From the NCBI RefSeq assembly GCF_037042905.1, contig NC_087255.1, positions 2,170,001-2,234,000 on the forward strand: a DNA stretch of 64,000 bases, written 5' to 3'. The notes beneath the pieces are model-generated. The model was not told where the DNA came from, ran no database searches, and worked only from the letters and a program-made list of their open reading frames with translations. Origin of the DNA: Lytechinus pictus (taxonomy: Eukaryota). Shown here one piece after another: positions 1 through 13,900 of the stretch. The translations under genes were made by a program, and so were the position numbers. Positions within the stretch are counted from its first letter, which is position 1; every line of letters starts with the position of its first letter.

Positions 1-2569
1 GTTTTAAAGAGCGGCAGCTTCTCACAATCCTTAGAGGGGGATGGATGGGGGGAAAGGCGGCTTGGAGGGAGGCGGAAAGGGGCTGCATAGGGAAAGCAAT
101 CCGTGGAGTTCAGAAGGTATCTTAAGACAGGGGGCAACCGGCCCGCGAGCTACCCGATCGCGTTTCATTACCTCTCCAATCATAGTATATCATACCCAGA
201 GAACCGGTGAAAATGAAGCAAGGAATTGAGGTGGAAGAAAGGCCCACAATCCGCCCCCATCGATGGTACTGTAAGCGCGTTCTGAATGTCATTTTTCAGG
301 AACAAAAGACCCGCACCGTTTTTAAAAACCTCTTCCAGTGCGGACACAGAATGGGAGGTAGGATAGTTTTCATTCGCGCTCCTATTCACAAATGTACTTC
401 AAGAAAAGACCTTATTCAAAAAGGGTATCCACCGGAGCGGGGTCTCCCCAACTCACTTGTTTTCCACCTTTCTTTCCTCTCCATCTCTTGCCTTGTTCTC
501 TTATGAACTCGAACTTGGGGAGTGCTATCGTGTAACTCGGTCGGTTTAAGAGAAACTGTTTTGGTTCCTATTTTGTTTTGTTTTCTCAAACTCATTGGTT
601 TCCCCCGCCCCGTCTGTCTAGCGAGGGGTATGTATTTCGTTCCATTCATGCTAGGATTCTGTATCATGTTGGTGATATAGGGGATCACTTTCAGCCATCT
701 CAGTCTACTTCAGACCCGACAGAATTTTGGCAGGAGTTGTCCTCTACACCCAATGTCTACATCTTGACCCTACCTTTACCATGTTTACCCTTATGCTGCC
801 TGCTGCCCTTTTTTAACCCTTTAAAACATACTTTAGTTTTTTTTTCTTATCATGTATATTTCTATATGTGATATTTTCATTTTTCTGCTTTTTAAATGTC
901 TGTAGTCTCAGAGAAGACCAACCACTTTTGCAGGAGAAGACCTAATCTGCCCAAATGTGGAGAATTGAGAAATATAATAAATGAAACAATCTCTTTCTCC
1001 CACCCTCAAAATTGCCGTCGCTCACCATGCTCACTTTATGAATTCATTCATTTAAATAAATATCATGGACAAACGTCAATATCTCGTGTACCTGTATGCA
1101 CATGAAGGTTTTCAACTGCGGTTGGAAAAAAGAAGACATTTTGTAAATTGACAAGTTTACAATTATTAAACAATGACAAAAAGTATACTCAATTAAAAAT
1201 ATTTTGTAACAAAGGAAACGTATCAGAATATGAAATACAAAAAAAATGTTCTTGTCACCTTGATAGAAAAAAGCAAACAGGGGTGAGAAAATAGAGTTCG
1301 ATGGTTTGAATAGACAAAATTATTCTTGCATGATCGCATCTCAATATAATTGTAGCATTGTAATTAGTTTTAGTGATTGTTTTTATTTGTTCGTTGTTAT
1401 GTTGTTTATGAAATCAATGAAACGTTTGATAATATGAAAAAAATGTACAAATAAATGAAAGACATTTTAATCTACAAATGAACGAAAGACATTTTGAAAA
1501 GAAATGAAAAGAAATGTTTCTGGAACATAATTGCCCTCACTATTTACTCTTATTTCTGCACAGCACACTCTTTAATCCCACTCCTAATATTATTGACAGA
1601 AAATAATGTGCCATGAACTTTATAATGTTACGAAGCATCGCTGATGCTATGATTTTGTTAGTTTTTTTTTTACCATGCATATTATTTTTTTTTCGGCTGT
1701 TGTGAGGAAATCATTATGCCCTGGATAAGGGTGAAAAGTTAAGTTGGTTTGACACAAAATTATGAACATTTTGCTGAACCATTTTATGTGTAAAGATTCC
1801 CCCCATCTCTTTTCTAACAACTTAAAAGCATGCAATTCATTTAATCATTGCAACCAGTAGGAGCGAAAGATGTTTGCAACACATGAATTATGGTTATCTC
1901 TATATTATTAATTGAATTATCCTTGTCATAGCTATGATAGCTGGATTGACATTTTGCTTTGTTAATTTTAAAAAAGATCTATTTATATAGACGTAAAACC
2001 TGAAGCTGCAAAATCATTTTTAAATCTTTATAATTAAACTCTTTGAAATCTTTAAAATTTCACTGATATAATTGCTTTACACAATACCATGATCACGATG
2101 ATACGAGTTCTAATGACGTTGTATTTTGTTCCATCTTAAGTCGAACAATCCAAAACTCTTTCCTTCTCACGAAGGTGTATACATGTAGTTTAAAGCATGT
2201 GGGTCTGATAAGCAGGATAAAGTGTATATAAAACATGTAAAAAGTCTCTGGAGAGATTTCTGTGCCAGAAGCGTTTTGTTAGATTGACCCAAATTTCATA
2301 TTTTGTCATTGTTGAAAAAATGCCACCAGTTTTCCTGTTTTCTCTGTTAATGGAACTTTTACTGCTTGTTTTCTATATAAATATAAACTTATATTGCCCT
2401 TAGAAATTCTCTTCATCATTCCTTCCGCTCTTTCATTTTCTGTCCTGTTTACCTAACATTCAATAACATTATTTACTCAACTTCTTTCCTTTTTATCTCC
2501 TATTATTGTCTTCATCATTCTGTCTACCACAATCCCTTCCTTCTCACCCCACCCCCCCCCCATGTACAG

Positions 2570-2696
2570 GGTGAGGTATCCGTGGTCGACGAGTCACGAC
2601 GGGTCATCGTTCAGGCGGTCCATGAACTCTATGATCGGGAGGTCACCACAACCTGGCAAGACTCAGAAACAAGAACTTGTACCATCGTCTTTATAG
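2570..2696 (+). CDS. ZNG1: Penultimate coding exon of a CobW/COG0523 zinc-regulated GTPase metallochaperone (ZNG1/CBWD), CobW_C domain
   Basis: Pyrimidine tract + CAG acceptor (2567-2569) and GTAAG donor at 2697. Translates to GEVSVVDESRRVIVQAVHELYDREVTTTWQDSETRTCTIVFI(G), closely resembling (from memory) vertebrate CBWD/ZNG1 [30 protein letters not shown]...RTNRLVLLG. Confidence 0.92.
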
Positions 2697-3042
2697 GTAA
2701 GAACTACATCAAATACCTCTCAGTATATTGTTGGGTGTGCCTTGAAAGGAAAGGGGGAAGAGCAGTTCCGAAAAGGATACATATATTTCATTCAAAGCAC
2801 AAACGGTACAGTACAGATTATATCATCTTTACCATAAAGAAAAACCGATTTGAAAATGACCGTATGATGTAGATACTTCTTCATGTCAGGCAAGATTTTC
2901 CAGATTATCACTTTAAAAAAAAATAATTGCCATGATTACTATTGACGATTTGTGTCTCCATTTGCCTATTCACAATTAAAACAAGGGTCAGTGTGTACTC
3001 TGAATTCACATCTGAATAGAATGTACCACCCCCCCCCAAAAA

Positions 3043-3082
<40 letters not shown>

Positions 3083-4029
3083 TAAATCACATGATTCTTT
3101 CAATTCTGTTTCAAACAATTAGTCGATTTGACAGTCCAATAGGCTCAATACACCAACCTAGAAATGTTCTTTCCGATGAAGTTTTTTTCTTGATTCGCGT
3201 TCATATGGGGTCCTAGAACAAATTCAGCTTGGTTGCCCAAAGTTGCCGTTTGGGCAATTTTGCTAATTTGCATAAATCCAAAATGGCCGCCAGATGCCAT
3301 CTTGAAAACCTAACTTTCGAACCCCTTTTCCCAAAATGATAAGTAATGACTCTTTTTAGGGGTTTAGAGGTGTGTAGAACCGATATCTGTTATCATTTTT
3401 GCAATATAAGGTCATCTTCAGGTCAAATCCAAGATGGCCGCCAGATGCCATCTTGAAAAATTGACTTTTGATCCCATTGCCCCAGAATGACTAGTAATAC
3501 CTCTGTTTAGGGGTTTTGGGGGGTGTAGAATCTCTTTCTGCTTTCTATTTTGAAATGTAATGTTATCTTCAGGTCAAATCCAAGATGGCGGCCATATATG
3601 ACGCCATCTTGAAATATCAACTTTTGAACCCTTTGCCCCAGAATCATGAATAATAACTCGATTCGTGAGTCATTTGGTATGTTGATTAAATTAATGCTGT
3701 AATTTTGCATAAAGGATAAACTTCAGATCAAATCCAAGATGGCCGCCAACCGCCATCTTGAAAAAAATGTTTTCCGAGGCTTATACGTGTAAGAGCTAAT
3801 GTAAAGGGATTTCAGTAAGAACACTAATTTCTTTTAATTATCAAGTTTTTAGATCAAGGTGATGTTACATCTTAGATGTCAGATTTTGACATTAACTGCT
3901 CACCTTAGAATGAATCCTCTTTAAGTTTGGGCTATGATCCATTTCGCGTGTATTTTTATTTTTAGAGTCTTATTTGAATTTGAAAGTGTTTTCTCAATAT
4001 TATTTTTTTTCTAAATCAATGTGTTCAAT

Positions 4030-4990
4030 GATTGGTAGGCATCAGTTCGCCTTAAAAGACGATGGTGTAGCGCTAGGTCTTACATTCTCGAGAGTGACTG
4101 TAGAGCTCCACTCTAGAGTGGCAGTCTCTAGAGCAAATCTGTACAGGAGGAGGATGGCGCTGAGACAGGTTTATATAGAGATTCTGCCCTAGCCTTCCTC
4201 CTAGGTCTTTGGTCTGCCATTTTAGCATTCCGATTATTACCTGTACTATAGTAGCTCTCCATAGAATGGCGACTATCGTCTACATCTTCATAAGTGTTAG
4301 TGTCTATGCCGGCAAGTTTTATGTCACATTTGCAGTTGTCTCTATAACGGAGGTGTGATCTACCGATGGGAGTGAGACCAATCACACAGCTCACCTTACC
4401 TTGGCGAATCCAAGAAGGGATTCGCCAAGGTTACCTGCGGCGAACATGCCCCAACCACTTGAGGTGCCTTTGGCTAAGGAGCGAGAATAAGCTTGGGATG
4501 CCAGCACGTACGCTGAAGAGCGTCTGTATTTTTCACGTTGTCCTGCCATTTAATGTGCATGATACGTCCGAGGCAGCTGACATGGAAGGTGTTTAGCCGC
4601 TTTACTTGGTCGGCGTACGTTTTCCAGGACTTACTTCCGTTCAGGAGCTTGGCCATGACTGTCACAGATTTTACTATCCAGGGGGCCGTTTCATAAAGCT
4701 GTTAAGTTAAGAGTGACTATAAGAACGACTGGTGATTCTTTCTTGCGGTAAATGATATCAACCATTGGTGATTATTTAGCATGTAAGAAAGGTTCACCAA
4801 TCATTCCTTAAGTTGCTCTTAACTTTGTTGAAACACCCACCTGGTGGGTGAGAGGCAGGGGCGACATCGTTTCCGTACAACATTTTACACATGAGAACCA
4901 TCCTGACCATGGAACAGTCTTGGGGGCCTATCTTCTGCAGGAGGCTAAATAGTGCACTCCTGCTGACCAAGTCGATGGCTCTTGTCAGGG
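4030..4990 (-). pseudogene. Degenerate, internally deleted RTE-clade LINE (reverse transcriptase and C-terminal fragments)
   Basis: Minus-strand pieces LTRAIDLVSRSALFSLLQKIG (DLxKAFDxV motif region, ~4920-4990), LNTFHVSCLGRIMHIKWQDNVKN, HLKWLGHVR, GRSHLRYRDNCKCDIK and terminal RDCHSRVELYSHSREC. These are characteristic of RTE ORFs. Frameshifted and interrupted by a MITE. Confidence 0.8.
4679..4843. mobile_element. MITE (CAGGGGGC...CCCACCTG family), inserted in the LINE relic
   Basis: Palindromic arms TTTCATAAAGCTGTT..TAAGAGTGACT..GAACGACTGGTGA. Homologous to the copy at 24026-24218. Confidence 0.8.
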
Positions 4991-7900
4991 GGAAAAGTCC
5001 AAAAGTCCAATAATAATAATAAAGGAATTTGATAAGTTAACTAATTTTTTGAAAAAAATACGGAGAAATCAGTTTTTGATTCAAATAATACTTTAAAGTC
5101 CTTTCACTAGAAAAGTATGGTTGAACAGAACTAATAAAACGATTAGAACTCCCAAAATCATAGCCCAAACCGTGAATGGTTTCATTCTAAAGTAAGCGGT
5201 TAATGATGAAATCCATCAACCATCTGACAATATTAGACATGACTTGACCTCGAACTAAAAATGGGGTGATTAAAAGAATTGAATCATTTTCACTGAAATC
5301 CCCTTACATGAGCTCCCACACATAATGGTATCCTTATTAGGGAGAGTACTTCTTCAAGGTTTAATAGTCTCGGGAAATAGTTTTTTTTTAATATGGGGTT
5401 TTGCGGCCATGTTGGATTATTTTGACCTGGAGATGATCCTATATTGCAAAATTATTGACAGAAATGGAATCAACGTACCAAATAATTGACGAAAAGAGGG
5501 ATTATTCATGATTTTGGGACAAAAACTTAAGAATTAATAAAAGAAATTCTTACTGAAATCCCTTTACATTAGCTCTTACATGTATAAGCCCCGGAAAGTA
5601 ATTTTTCAAGATGGCGGTTGGCGGCCATCTTGGATTTGATATGAAGATTATTCCTTATGCAAAATTACAGCATTAATTTAATCAACATACCAAATGACTC
5701 ACGAATCGAGTTATTATTCATGATTCTGGGGCAAAGGGTTCAAAAGTTGATATTTCAAGATGGCGTCATATATGGCGGCCATCTTGGATTTGACCTGAAG
5801 ATAACATTACATTGCAAATTAGAAAGCAGAGAGAGATTCTACACCCCCCAAAACCCCTAAACAGAGGTATTACTGGTCATTCTGGGGCAATATGGATCAA
5901 AAGTCAATTTTTCAAGATGGCATCTGGCGGCCATCTTGGATTTGACCTGAAGATGACCTTGTATTGCAAAAATGATAACAGATATCGGTTCTACACACCT
6001 CTAAACCCCTAAAAAGAGTCATTACTCATCATTTTGGGAAAAAGGGTTCGAAAGTTAGGTTTTCAAGATGGCATCTGGCGGCCATTTTGGATTTATGCAA
6101 ATTAGCAAAATTGCCCAAACGGCAACTTTGGGCAACCAAGCTGAATTTGTTCTAGGACCCCATATGAACACGAATCAAGAAAAAAACTTCATCGGAAAGA
6201 ACATTTCTAGGTTCGGAAAATGTCAAATCGACTAAATAGTCATGCTCGGCCATTATGATAGTATTTCCGCCCTCAACGTTAAAGTATAGTCAATGCAATC
6301 GGTATCGCAAGGGTTTTTTTTTCTTCTTTTTCATTTATAATCTCTGGCAAAGACAGTGATGAGTGTTATGTTGATCAGCAGTTCAAGTTTCATTGTTCCA
6401 TAATAAAATTTTGCTGTAGATTCAACACAATGACACAATCGGATGGGAGGGGGCTCTAACGAATGCAAGACAAGTGTCTTGACATAGTTTATAGTTACTA
6501 TACATACTTATTTGTGTTGAGGAAGTTCACAATTAACCTTTGTGCCAAGATATCGTGAACACAACGCTAATACTTCTAAATGATTTGTCGTACAACATTT
6601 TGTTAGAGATAATCAAATAATTGTAGGCTTATGGGTAACTGTGTTTCTTGACTTTTCCCCTATAATTTTGATCGGGGGGGGGGGGGGAGGGGGGTGCCTC
6701 CTTTTGGAACAAACACGATGTGCGTTATGGTATGTGGGGACTCTGTACCAATTTCAGATGGTTACTGATTGTACGTGGAAATTATGAAAACTCATTGTGA
6801 GTTTGTTCTATTATCGTTTATATGACAACTCTGAATTGCTAGAAAAAAATGAATTATTGATCAATGATCAAGTTTAAAGGGTTTGCAGGGTATTTTAAGG
6901 TTATTGTTGTTTCACTGCGATGGAGTGTAAGTAATCTGCTCTTTCTTGCTCCATTCAGAACCAGAAGAAAACGATAGCTCGACATGCTCGAGGTTCTATT
7001 AGAAGTTTTCTCATCATAACTTTTGTAATTGTTGGTATTTTATTTTTTATTTGGATTTTTGTTTTAGTTCTAATTTCATTATCTTCGGAAGATTTGATAC
7101 TGGATGTCATTCATGGTCATAAGATAAGTTGTATAATTGATAAAGATTGACTTTGATTAGCAGTTGATATTTACGTCTAGAGTTATGAGGGACTCGTTAT
7201 TTTGGTGATTGAATCTATTAGTTTTCAGGGCGTATTAATATCGGGGTAAACAGAATGCCTATTGGCACCCTCAAACTTGTTATCAGATAGGGAATGTTTT
7301 TAATTTGAAGGATGTTTGGTTTATGATGTAAGTATATCTAGAACAAACAATTATCTCCTAATTATACCGAGGTAGTTGGCCTAATTCTAAACAGGAAAGA
7401 GTGAAAATGACAACATCCAATGTGATAATATCGTTCATTTTACATCAGACAAAGCCGGCAGACCCATGTTTTCGTTTTCGATCAGATTCTTGTAACTGTT
7501 TTCCGTTGTTTTATCCGAACGGTATCAGCACATAATCCCTTTGGTTGGCCGCCATATCCGTCCATCCATCAGCGGAGAGGGACTTAGCCGATCTGGGACT
7601 CTTTCTTCGCCGTCTCTCTCGGCGTGCAATCGTCCTGACGACCGCCTCCAGTGTAGAGGGCCCGCGTGCAGTCGCTCGAGGTGGGGTTTTACGCAGACTC
7701 ACAAAAAGTGGATGAATAAGAAGACAAGGAGCAAAGCACCCGCTGTGTTTGCCGAGCGGATTAGCGGCCAACCAAAACTTGTTAACGGGGGATCAGCCGG
7801 CTCGGAAGTAGCGCTCGATAGGGTTACTGCCAACAAAGTTTCAGCAGGGGTTCCTACCGATTATCTCGTTATATTCACACCTGCGTGATAAAGGTCTTAG

Positions 7901-10900
7901 TTGTGATAAGATAAAACTTTTTTGATGGACGTAAAAGACGCCGTCCTATCTGTCTGTGCCTCGGTAACCCCTCACAGAGTGATTCGTTCATTTGCATCAA
8001 AGCACTAACAAAAACTATTTTGACAAGCTTTCAAAACAAAAGAGAAGACTCGCGCGTTTGTAATCAAGATGGGATCAAAACACCATTTCTGTTTGATGCC
8101 GCTGTGTTGCGGTAAGATTATTATGTTGCTTTGTAGGCTTATCATTGCTTTAACTGATGTAATCAAACAAAATACCGTTCATTTACAACGGCTTGGCTAA
8201 CCGCTGTTGACAAGGTACTTGTGTTTGCTACTTTAATGGTTGGTTTTTATAGCGGGTTGTTGTGAAGCACCCATTAATGATAGTGTCTTTGAAACAATAT
8301 CAAATTGGAAGACAGACTTCAGTGAGTTCATTATGTCAAATTGTTTTTTTTAAATATATATATTAAAACACAGGGAAACCTAATAAAGAGTCATCAATAA
8401 TTGATAAACTTCAACCTTTATTTCTTTAAAATTTTGAGGAACTTTAGGAAGGCTGATTTGGGGTCTCGATCTCTGGTGATGTGTTGTTGCTATGCAGGAG
8501 CACAGGGGTTAAATGTTGTGATTATTGTTTCATAATCCCACACTGGTTGAGGACCTTGGGCCTAGTTGGGTAATCCTCCCACCCGATCCCTCATCAATCG
8601 ACTCTCCCTATCGTACATGACTAATGTAACCCCAATGTAATTTAACATGAACCTACATCCTTCGTGAAAGTAGGCCTAATCCTCTATGCTGAAAGTATGA
8701 CGTCTCTTTCATTTTTGGTTTTTCAGTTGTATCTTTGTTATCTAATAATTGGCCAGTTAATCTCCTTAGATAAATAAATTATGGAATAAATCATGTATTA
8801 ATTTCATAGTAAACACTCAAGATGTAATAAATGCGTGCACAAATAAATGTTATTCTTACCCCGTGAAAGGTGTTCCCTCTAGGTCTTTGGGTTGCTCATA
8901 AATTCATTCTTTAAATAGTTTACTTTAGACAAGATTTGTCCAATCCAACCTAATCATAATAGTTGATATCATCAGATAAAGTTCACACTTCCTCCCAAGT
9001 AACGAGCGTTTTAGGGTTGTTATGCAGGTGACAAAACCGTGTTATCAAGAAGAGCGAAAACGAAACATTAGACATAATTATCGAGAACAAATAATTGTTT
9101 GAATATTGTTAAGATGTCATAGAACCAAGGAGAAACAAGGAACGTTTATAACATTTCCCTAAATGGTTTATCCTCATTTGGCATATTTTCAGTTGTTCAA
9201 AGATCATTTGATAAGAACAATAGCATTCAGAATGATCGCACACACACACAAGCATTTTATTATTTTGAAAAGCTTTAATTTTTAGTTACTCACTATGTCA
9301 ACGAAATCATGATTAATAATTTAGATAATCTAGCTTTTTTATCTTTGCATTATTTTTTTTATATTTAGTTTCGTTAGTCGTCTTCAATACGCAAATTTAT
9401 CTGGCAAAATGTTCTTAAAACATAATAATTACCACTCTTTCTGTTCTACCGGTAAACTGTAGAAATTTCTCAGTAATCATTTCAAATATCCCGTAAAAAA
9501 TATTCGAGTGACCTTGAATAAACTTGACTTTGATCGACCTACTTCTGTCGAACCTCATCGAAATCCCCGTCAGAGGAACCAATCAAATATGTATGACGAA
9601 TCGCAAGATGAATATCCCATTCATTTTATTTCTCTCAATCTTCTTCTTTTATCGATGCGATGGTCAAGCATTCATAGCTGAGATTCTCAAGTGCCCTTTA
9701 ATCATATACAATAGTTTATGAATTTATTTTTGGGGCTTGTCAAGAAGTGATTGACATGTTGTATAGCTTGTTGAATAGTGAGAGCACTGGCCTACCATAC
9801 CGAGAAGGAAGGGGGGGGGGTGGTCCAGAATTTGGAGGGTATCATGTTGCATCCATTGTATGTCTTTCCTGAGCAATTCGACTTGAACTAGACATACCTG
9901 TAACAACTGGTGTTACGCCTAGTCTGAAGAATCAAGCGCCTTAAAGAGAAAAAGAAGCTAAAGAAATCGTGCAATTTCATTAATGGTGAGATGTATACTT
10001 ATTCAAAGGGAATAGGGGTGTACTTTCATTAACCCCCTCTCTTCTTTTAAAAAAAAATGTGTCACTCATTAGACACTTTTACGTTCACCCATCTGCCCAT
10101 CATGCCCCTATACTCATATAGATCCCCCGTATACCCCACCCCCTTCAAAGGTAATAAAGACATTTCTTTAGCCATTTAGAAGGGATGTGCGCAGTTGGGT
10201 GATATACCTGACAGGTAGATGAGCCTTTACCGTGCAGTCATGAATTATTGTGAGTTAATTATGTAAGAGGGGAAAGAATTAGGAGGAAGAATGGGCGATG
10301 AAGGGGTACAAAAGAACCACCCCTATCACTTCCATATTCAATATAACCGAAAACATGACAAAGACCAACCTCTCCTAGAAAGTGGTCTGCAGATAAGACG
10401 TTTGCTCATCACAGTGGCCATTGAACTCAACAGGATTTTGACAGACAGTTTAGATGTGCTTCAAAAAGTGACCATTATTGAAATGATAAGCTAAGATTTT
10501 TGAAATGGATGACGCGGGGAGTGTAACATGTCTCCTCGTAAATGAATATTTCGAAAAATTCGTCACATAATGCGCGTCTTCCATAATTTCGCGTCGTTTT
10601 GTTTTACAGCTGTTAACATCGCAGCATTGCTGTAAGTGAGTGTTCCAAAAGATTTATGACTCAGATGAAGTGTATTCAAAAGATTAGATTTGTTTGTCCC
10701 TCACTTTCTCTCGTTTTGTTTCCTGATCTTGTTCATCATTCACTCCTCAAAGTTCTTGTCCTAATTAGCAGCGACCCGCAAACGCGTTTTTCTCGCACAG
10801 TATCGCATCGCAAACAAAATATTGCCGCCCTTTTCCCGGGCGAAACAATTTTCAAGACCTCCACACACAAAAATGTACAGCGGGAGAAAAGGCCTATCTG

Positions 10901-13900
10901 TCACCACGCCCTAATTCTCTCATTTTCTCCTTATTGCTCGGTATTGTTTTACCTCAATTTCAAATCCTATTTTGTCCAACGCCTGTGGGAGAGAGTTTTC
11001 TTGTCATCTCTTTGTTTTGTTCTAATAACCTTTTCTTGAAAAAGCAGACTGTCTCTAATCTCTCTTGTTTTGCATTCCAAATGGGTCATTGGTACCTGTG
11101 AAGCTAAATTTGAGTTGTTTTTCTTTCCATTTAGGGTCTCATTTTCTCTTTCTTTCTTTTGATACTTTATACCAATGACCATAAGGGTTGAACCAACCCC
11201 TAAGGAACATGAGGGCAGGAGAGTGGGTAAAAAACCCAGAATAATATACACGGTACTGAATCATACAGGAAGTTGTGAGTTGAAAATATCGCTCAGAAAA
11301 TTCTGATTGTAAATCCAAGCTAATTAGTTGTTGATAAAATATATTATTTGCAAATATGTGGTTCATTGCGACGCATCCATATTGTCAATTAAGTAAACAT
11401 ATTATGCTACCTAAAGGCAATTATAACTATGTATAGTAAAAAGGAATTTTAGTAGAGATATTGTAGCATTTATATTTCAGGTAAAATGAATAGCACTTTT
11501 TTGCAAATTTATTTTATTAACAATTAAATCGGCTCGAATTTGATGTATTTATATTTTCAACGATATTTTCCAAATTTTTTAATATAAACTACAGTATGTT
11601 TCTGCAGCAACAACATTGACCTAGCATTTTCCCAAATCACTCCAGCACGTTGCGCAATATTTGCAAAGTTGAAAAATAGAAACACATACAATTCTCTCTG
11701 AAGTTTGATTACTATAAAACCTTTAAGAAAATTGCAATAAAGGTAGGTTTTAAAAAAGGCATTTGAGAAAAAAAGAGTGGGTAGAAAAGAAAGAGCAACT
11801 TATGTTATCGAGAAAGAGAAAGGATTCGAAGAATGGTGAGGAGGGCGGGCGGGCCGGGGGGGGGGGTGAGTGGGTTGTTTCTAAGGTACGATCATAAGCA
11901 AAACATGTCACTGATCCACCCACAATCCGCAATAAAAGGGTATCAATTCCCCCACAACAGCCCGTGTGGAAGAAAACCTCATCTGCAATCGGGAGTGTAT
12001 TCCCCCCCTTGTCTTTTATCTTGCCCCGTCCAGTGCTTGTTCAGTCTCAGTTTACGATCAGTTACACCAAGTAAGCGGGACAATGCAACCGCTACATTTT
12101 ATGAAGTGTACTGAAAAACTTTAGCCTCAAGCTGGTGGAGAAACGAAAATGTTAAGAGGCGTTAATTCGAGAACAACCATTCAAACAATAGGCGAGGTAA
12201 CGCTTTTTATGCCAGAGCTATATACCTCCACCCCTCACTATTCCTAACCTTTCTATTACACCAGCGTTTGACGGCTTGGGGTATTATGGGGGGCTCGTGG
12301 TGTTTTTAAGAAAACTGCTTCTTTGCCGTCTTTAAAAAACATTTGTGTAACTGGAGAAATTAAGGCGATTTATTCTAAAGCGTTTGTTATCATTGTTTTA
12401 TACATTATCGCATTATCGAATAGCCATCAGCTATCGGTTGTGTGTAGTCGTTCCGCCTGGCTCTCTTAAGAAAATCAAGTGCAAAATAAAAAGGTGAACT
12501 TTTATCAGACAGACGATTTAGCGTATGGTGATATGTTAAAAATATAAGAAAATTGAAAAGAAAGTGATAAAGAAGAAGAAAGTTTCACAGAAAGTTAAAA
12601 GTTGCGAAAGATTATGCCAAAATTACATGATTTACTTACAGTATACGAAGACAAGAGAAAAGAAAAAAAAGTATGAGGCTAAAACCATTTTATATTCATT
12701 ATAATCATAGAAAAATTCCGAATGTCACATCAAATTATCTTGTCATTCCTGTAAACATTTATAATAAGTTTACTATAAGAAAACAGGTTATTATTATTTT
12801 ATACATAATAGATGATTAGATGTCAAGTATATTTCAACACAGGCTTGCAGTCGTAAAAATTATCATTTATTCGGTCAAAATGATGGACGAAATGACAATT
12901 TAAAAATCAGTAGGCATGCTAGATGCAATTCGTTAGATTAAATATGTAGTAAACAAATGAGCGTGGAATGCTTTTTGAATATGTAAATAAATGGTTTCTA
13001 ATCAGTTGTGCATATAAATTTATAATTACATAATCGCGTTAATTGCTCTATTGGATTCCCTATGATTTACTTCCTGTTGTATGAATTAGTTTCTTTTCAA
13101 TGTTGATCCCTTTTCTTAAGAATGTTTGCAGTTTACTCTTCTCTCGAATTCTTATCAAAATATAAATGTCTGAACATGTGAAAGTCCGAGGTTTTGCGCT
13201 GCCAATAAATTTCAAGCAAGAAATCGTTTTGTCATCTTAAATCTTTTAATTTTATTTTCATTCATCATGTTCATAGTTTACTTTCCTCTTTTTATCTGTG
13301 TTATTCGCGTGCAGTATCGGCAAAAGACATTACAATCTAAAAGCTTGTTCGACGCCCAATTTTGTTACTTATCTTCGTGCCCTGATAGTCTCACATAAAG
13401 GCACGGGTATTATTTTCAGTTGGAGATGTAGTTGATAACTCAGATCCAACCACCTTTCCACTCCCCATCAACCATTGGCCATATGTCACTCTCTACATCT
13501 CCACTATCATTACAAATTTGCATACCTGCAATCCCCAGTTCTTCACGGAAGCATTGAGCAGTTTGAAAGGTCTATTTGTTGATCCGAGACGCTTGCTAGC
13601 GACTTTTATCTGTTTCTTCTACCCTAGACATCAGCCATCAAACGACTGAAGAACGCCCTACCAACATGGTTTCATTGAGAAAGCAAGAGAAATCTGAGCT
13701 GTATCAGTAACAGAGGAGACGATAGACACTTAATTTTTCAATAGCATGCAGCGAAAACTAATATTTTCCTCCCGCGCATATGTCTTGTTTTTTAGGGGGC
13801 GGGTGAAAGGGTGTGACGATTGCCCGCCGTCGTCCTCATAAAAACCGGGAAAGGAAAGAGTGATGTGATTGGGAAGAAAATAGAAGAGATAGCGACTGAG

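Larger units (their letters stand above)
3120..6234. mobile_element. Non-autonomous foldback DNA transposon, Academ(X)-like, with ~700-bp inverted arms
   Basis: Termini TAGTCGATTTGACA / TGTCAAATCGACTA. 3-bp TSD AAT (3117-3119, 6235-6237). Near-identical inverted arms at ~3155-3820 and ~5545-6213, which explains the mirrored ORFs 3507..3710(-) and 5657..5860(+). TAG termini with a 3-bp TSD fit Academ. Confidence 0.8.

Noticed and set aside
1-2569. Upstream ZNG1 exon (expected LLWE...(I/L)R(L/M)K segment)
   Set aside because: I could not find a matching spliceable segment; it probably lies left of the window.
2582-2872. 96-aa ORF as a complete gene
   Set aside because: Only 2570-2696 is CobW-like. 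The ORF reads through the GTAAG donor into intron.
3507-5860. Two near-identical 67-aa ORFs on opposite strands as duplicated genes
   Set aside because: They are by-products of the inverted arms of the foldback element, with no recognisable domain.
7511-7888. Overlapping 115-aa/86-aa ORFs in a GC-richer island
   Set aside because: No recognisable domain or convincing splice signals; better explained as a non-coding island.
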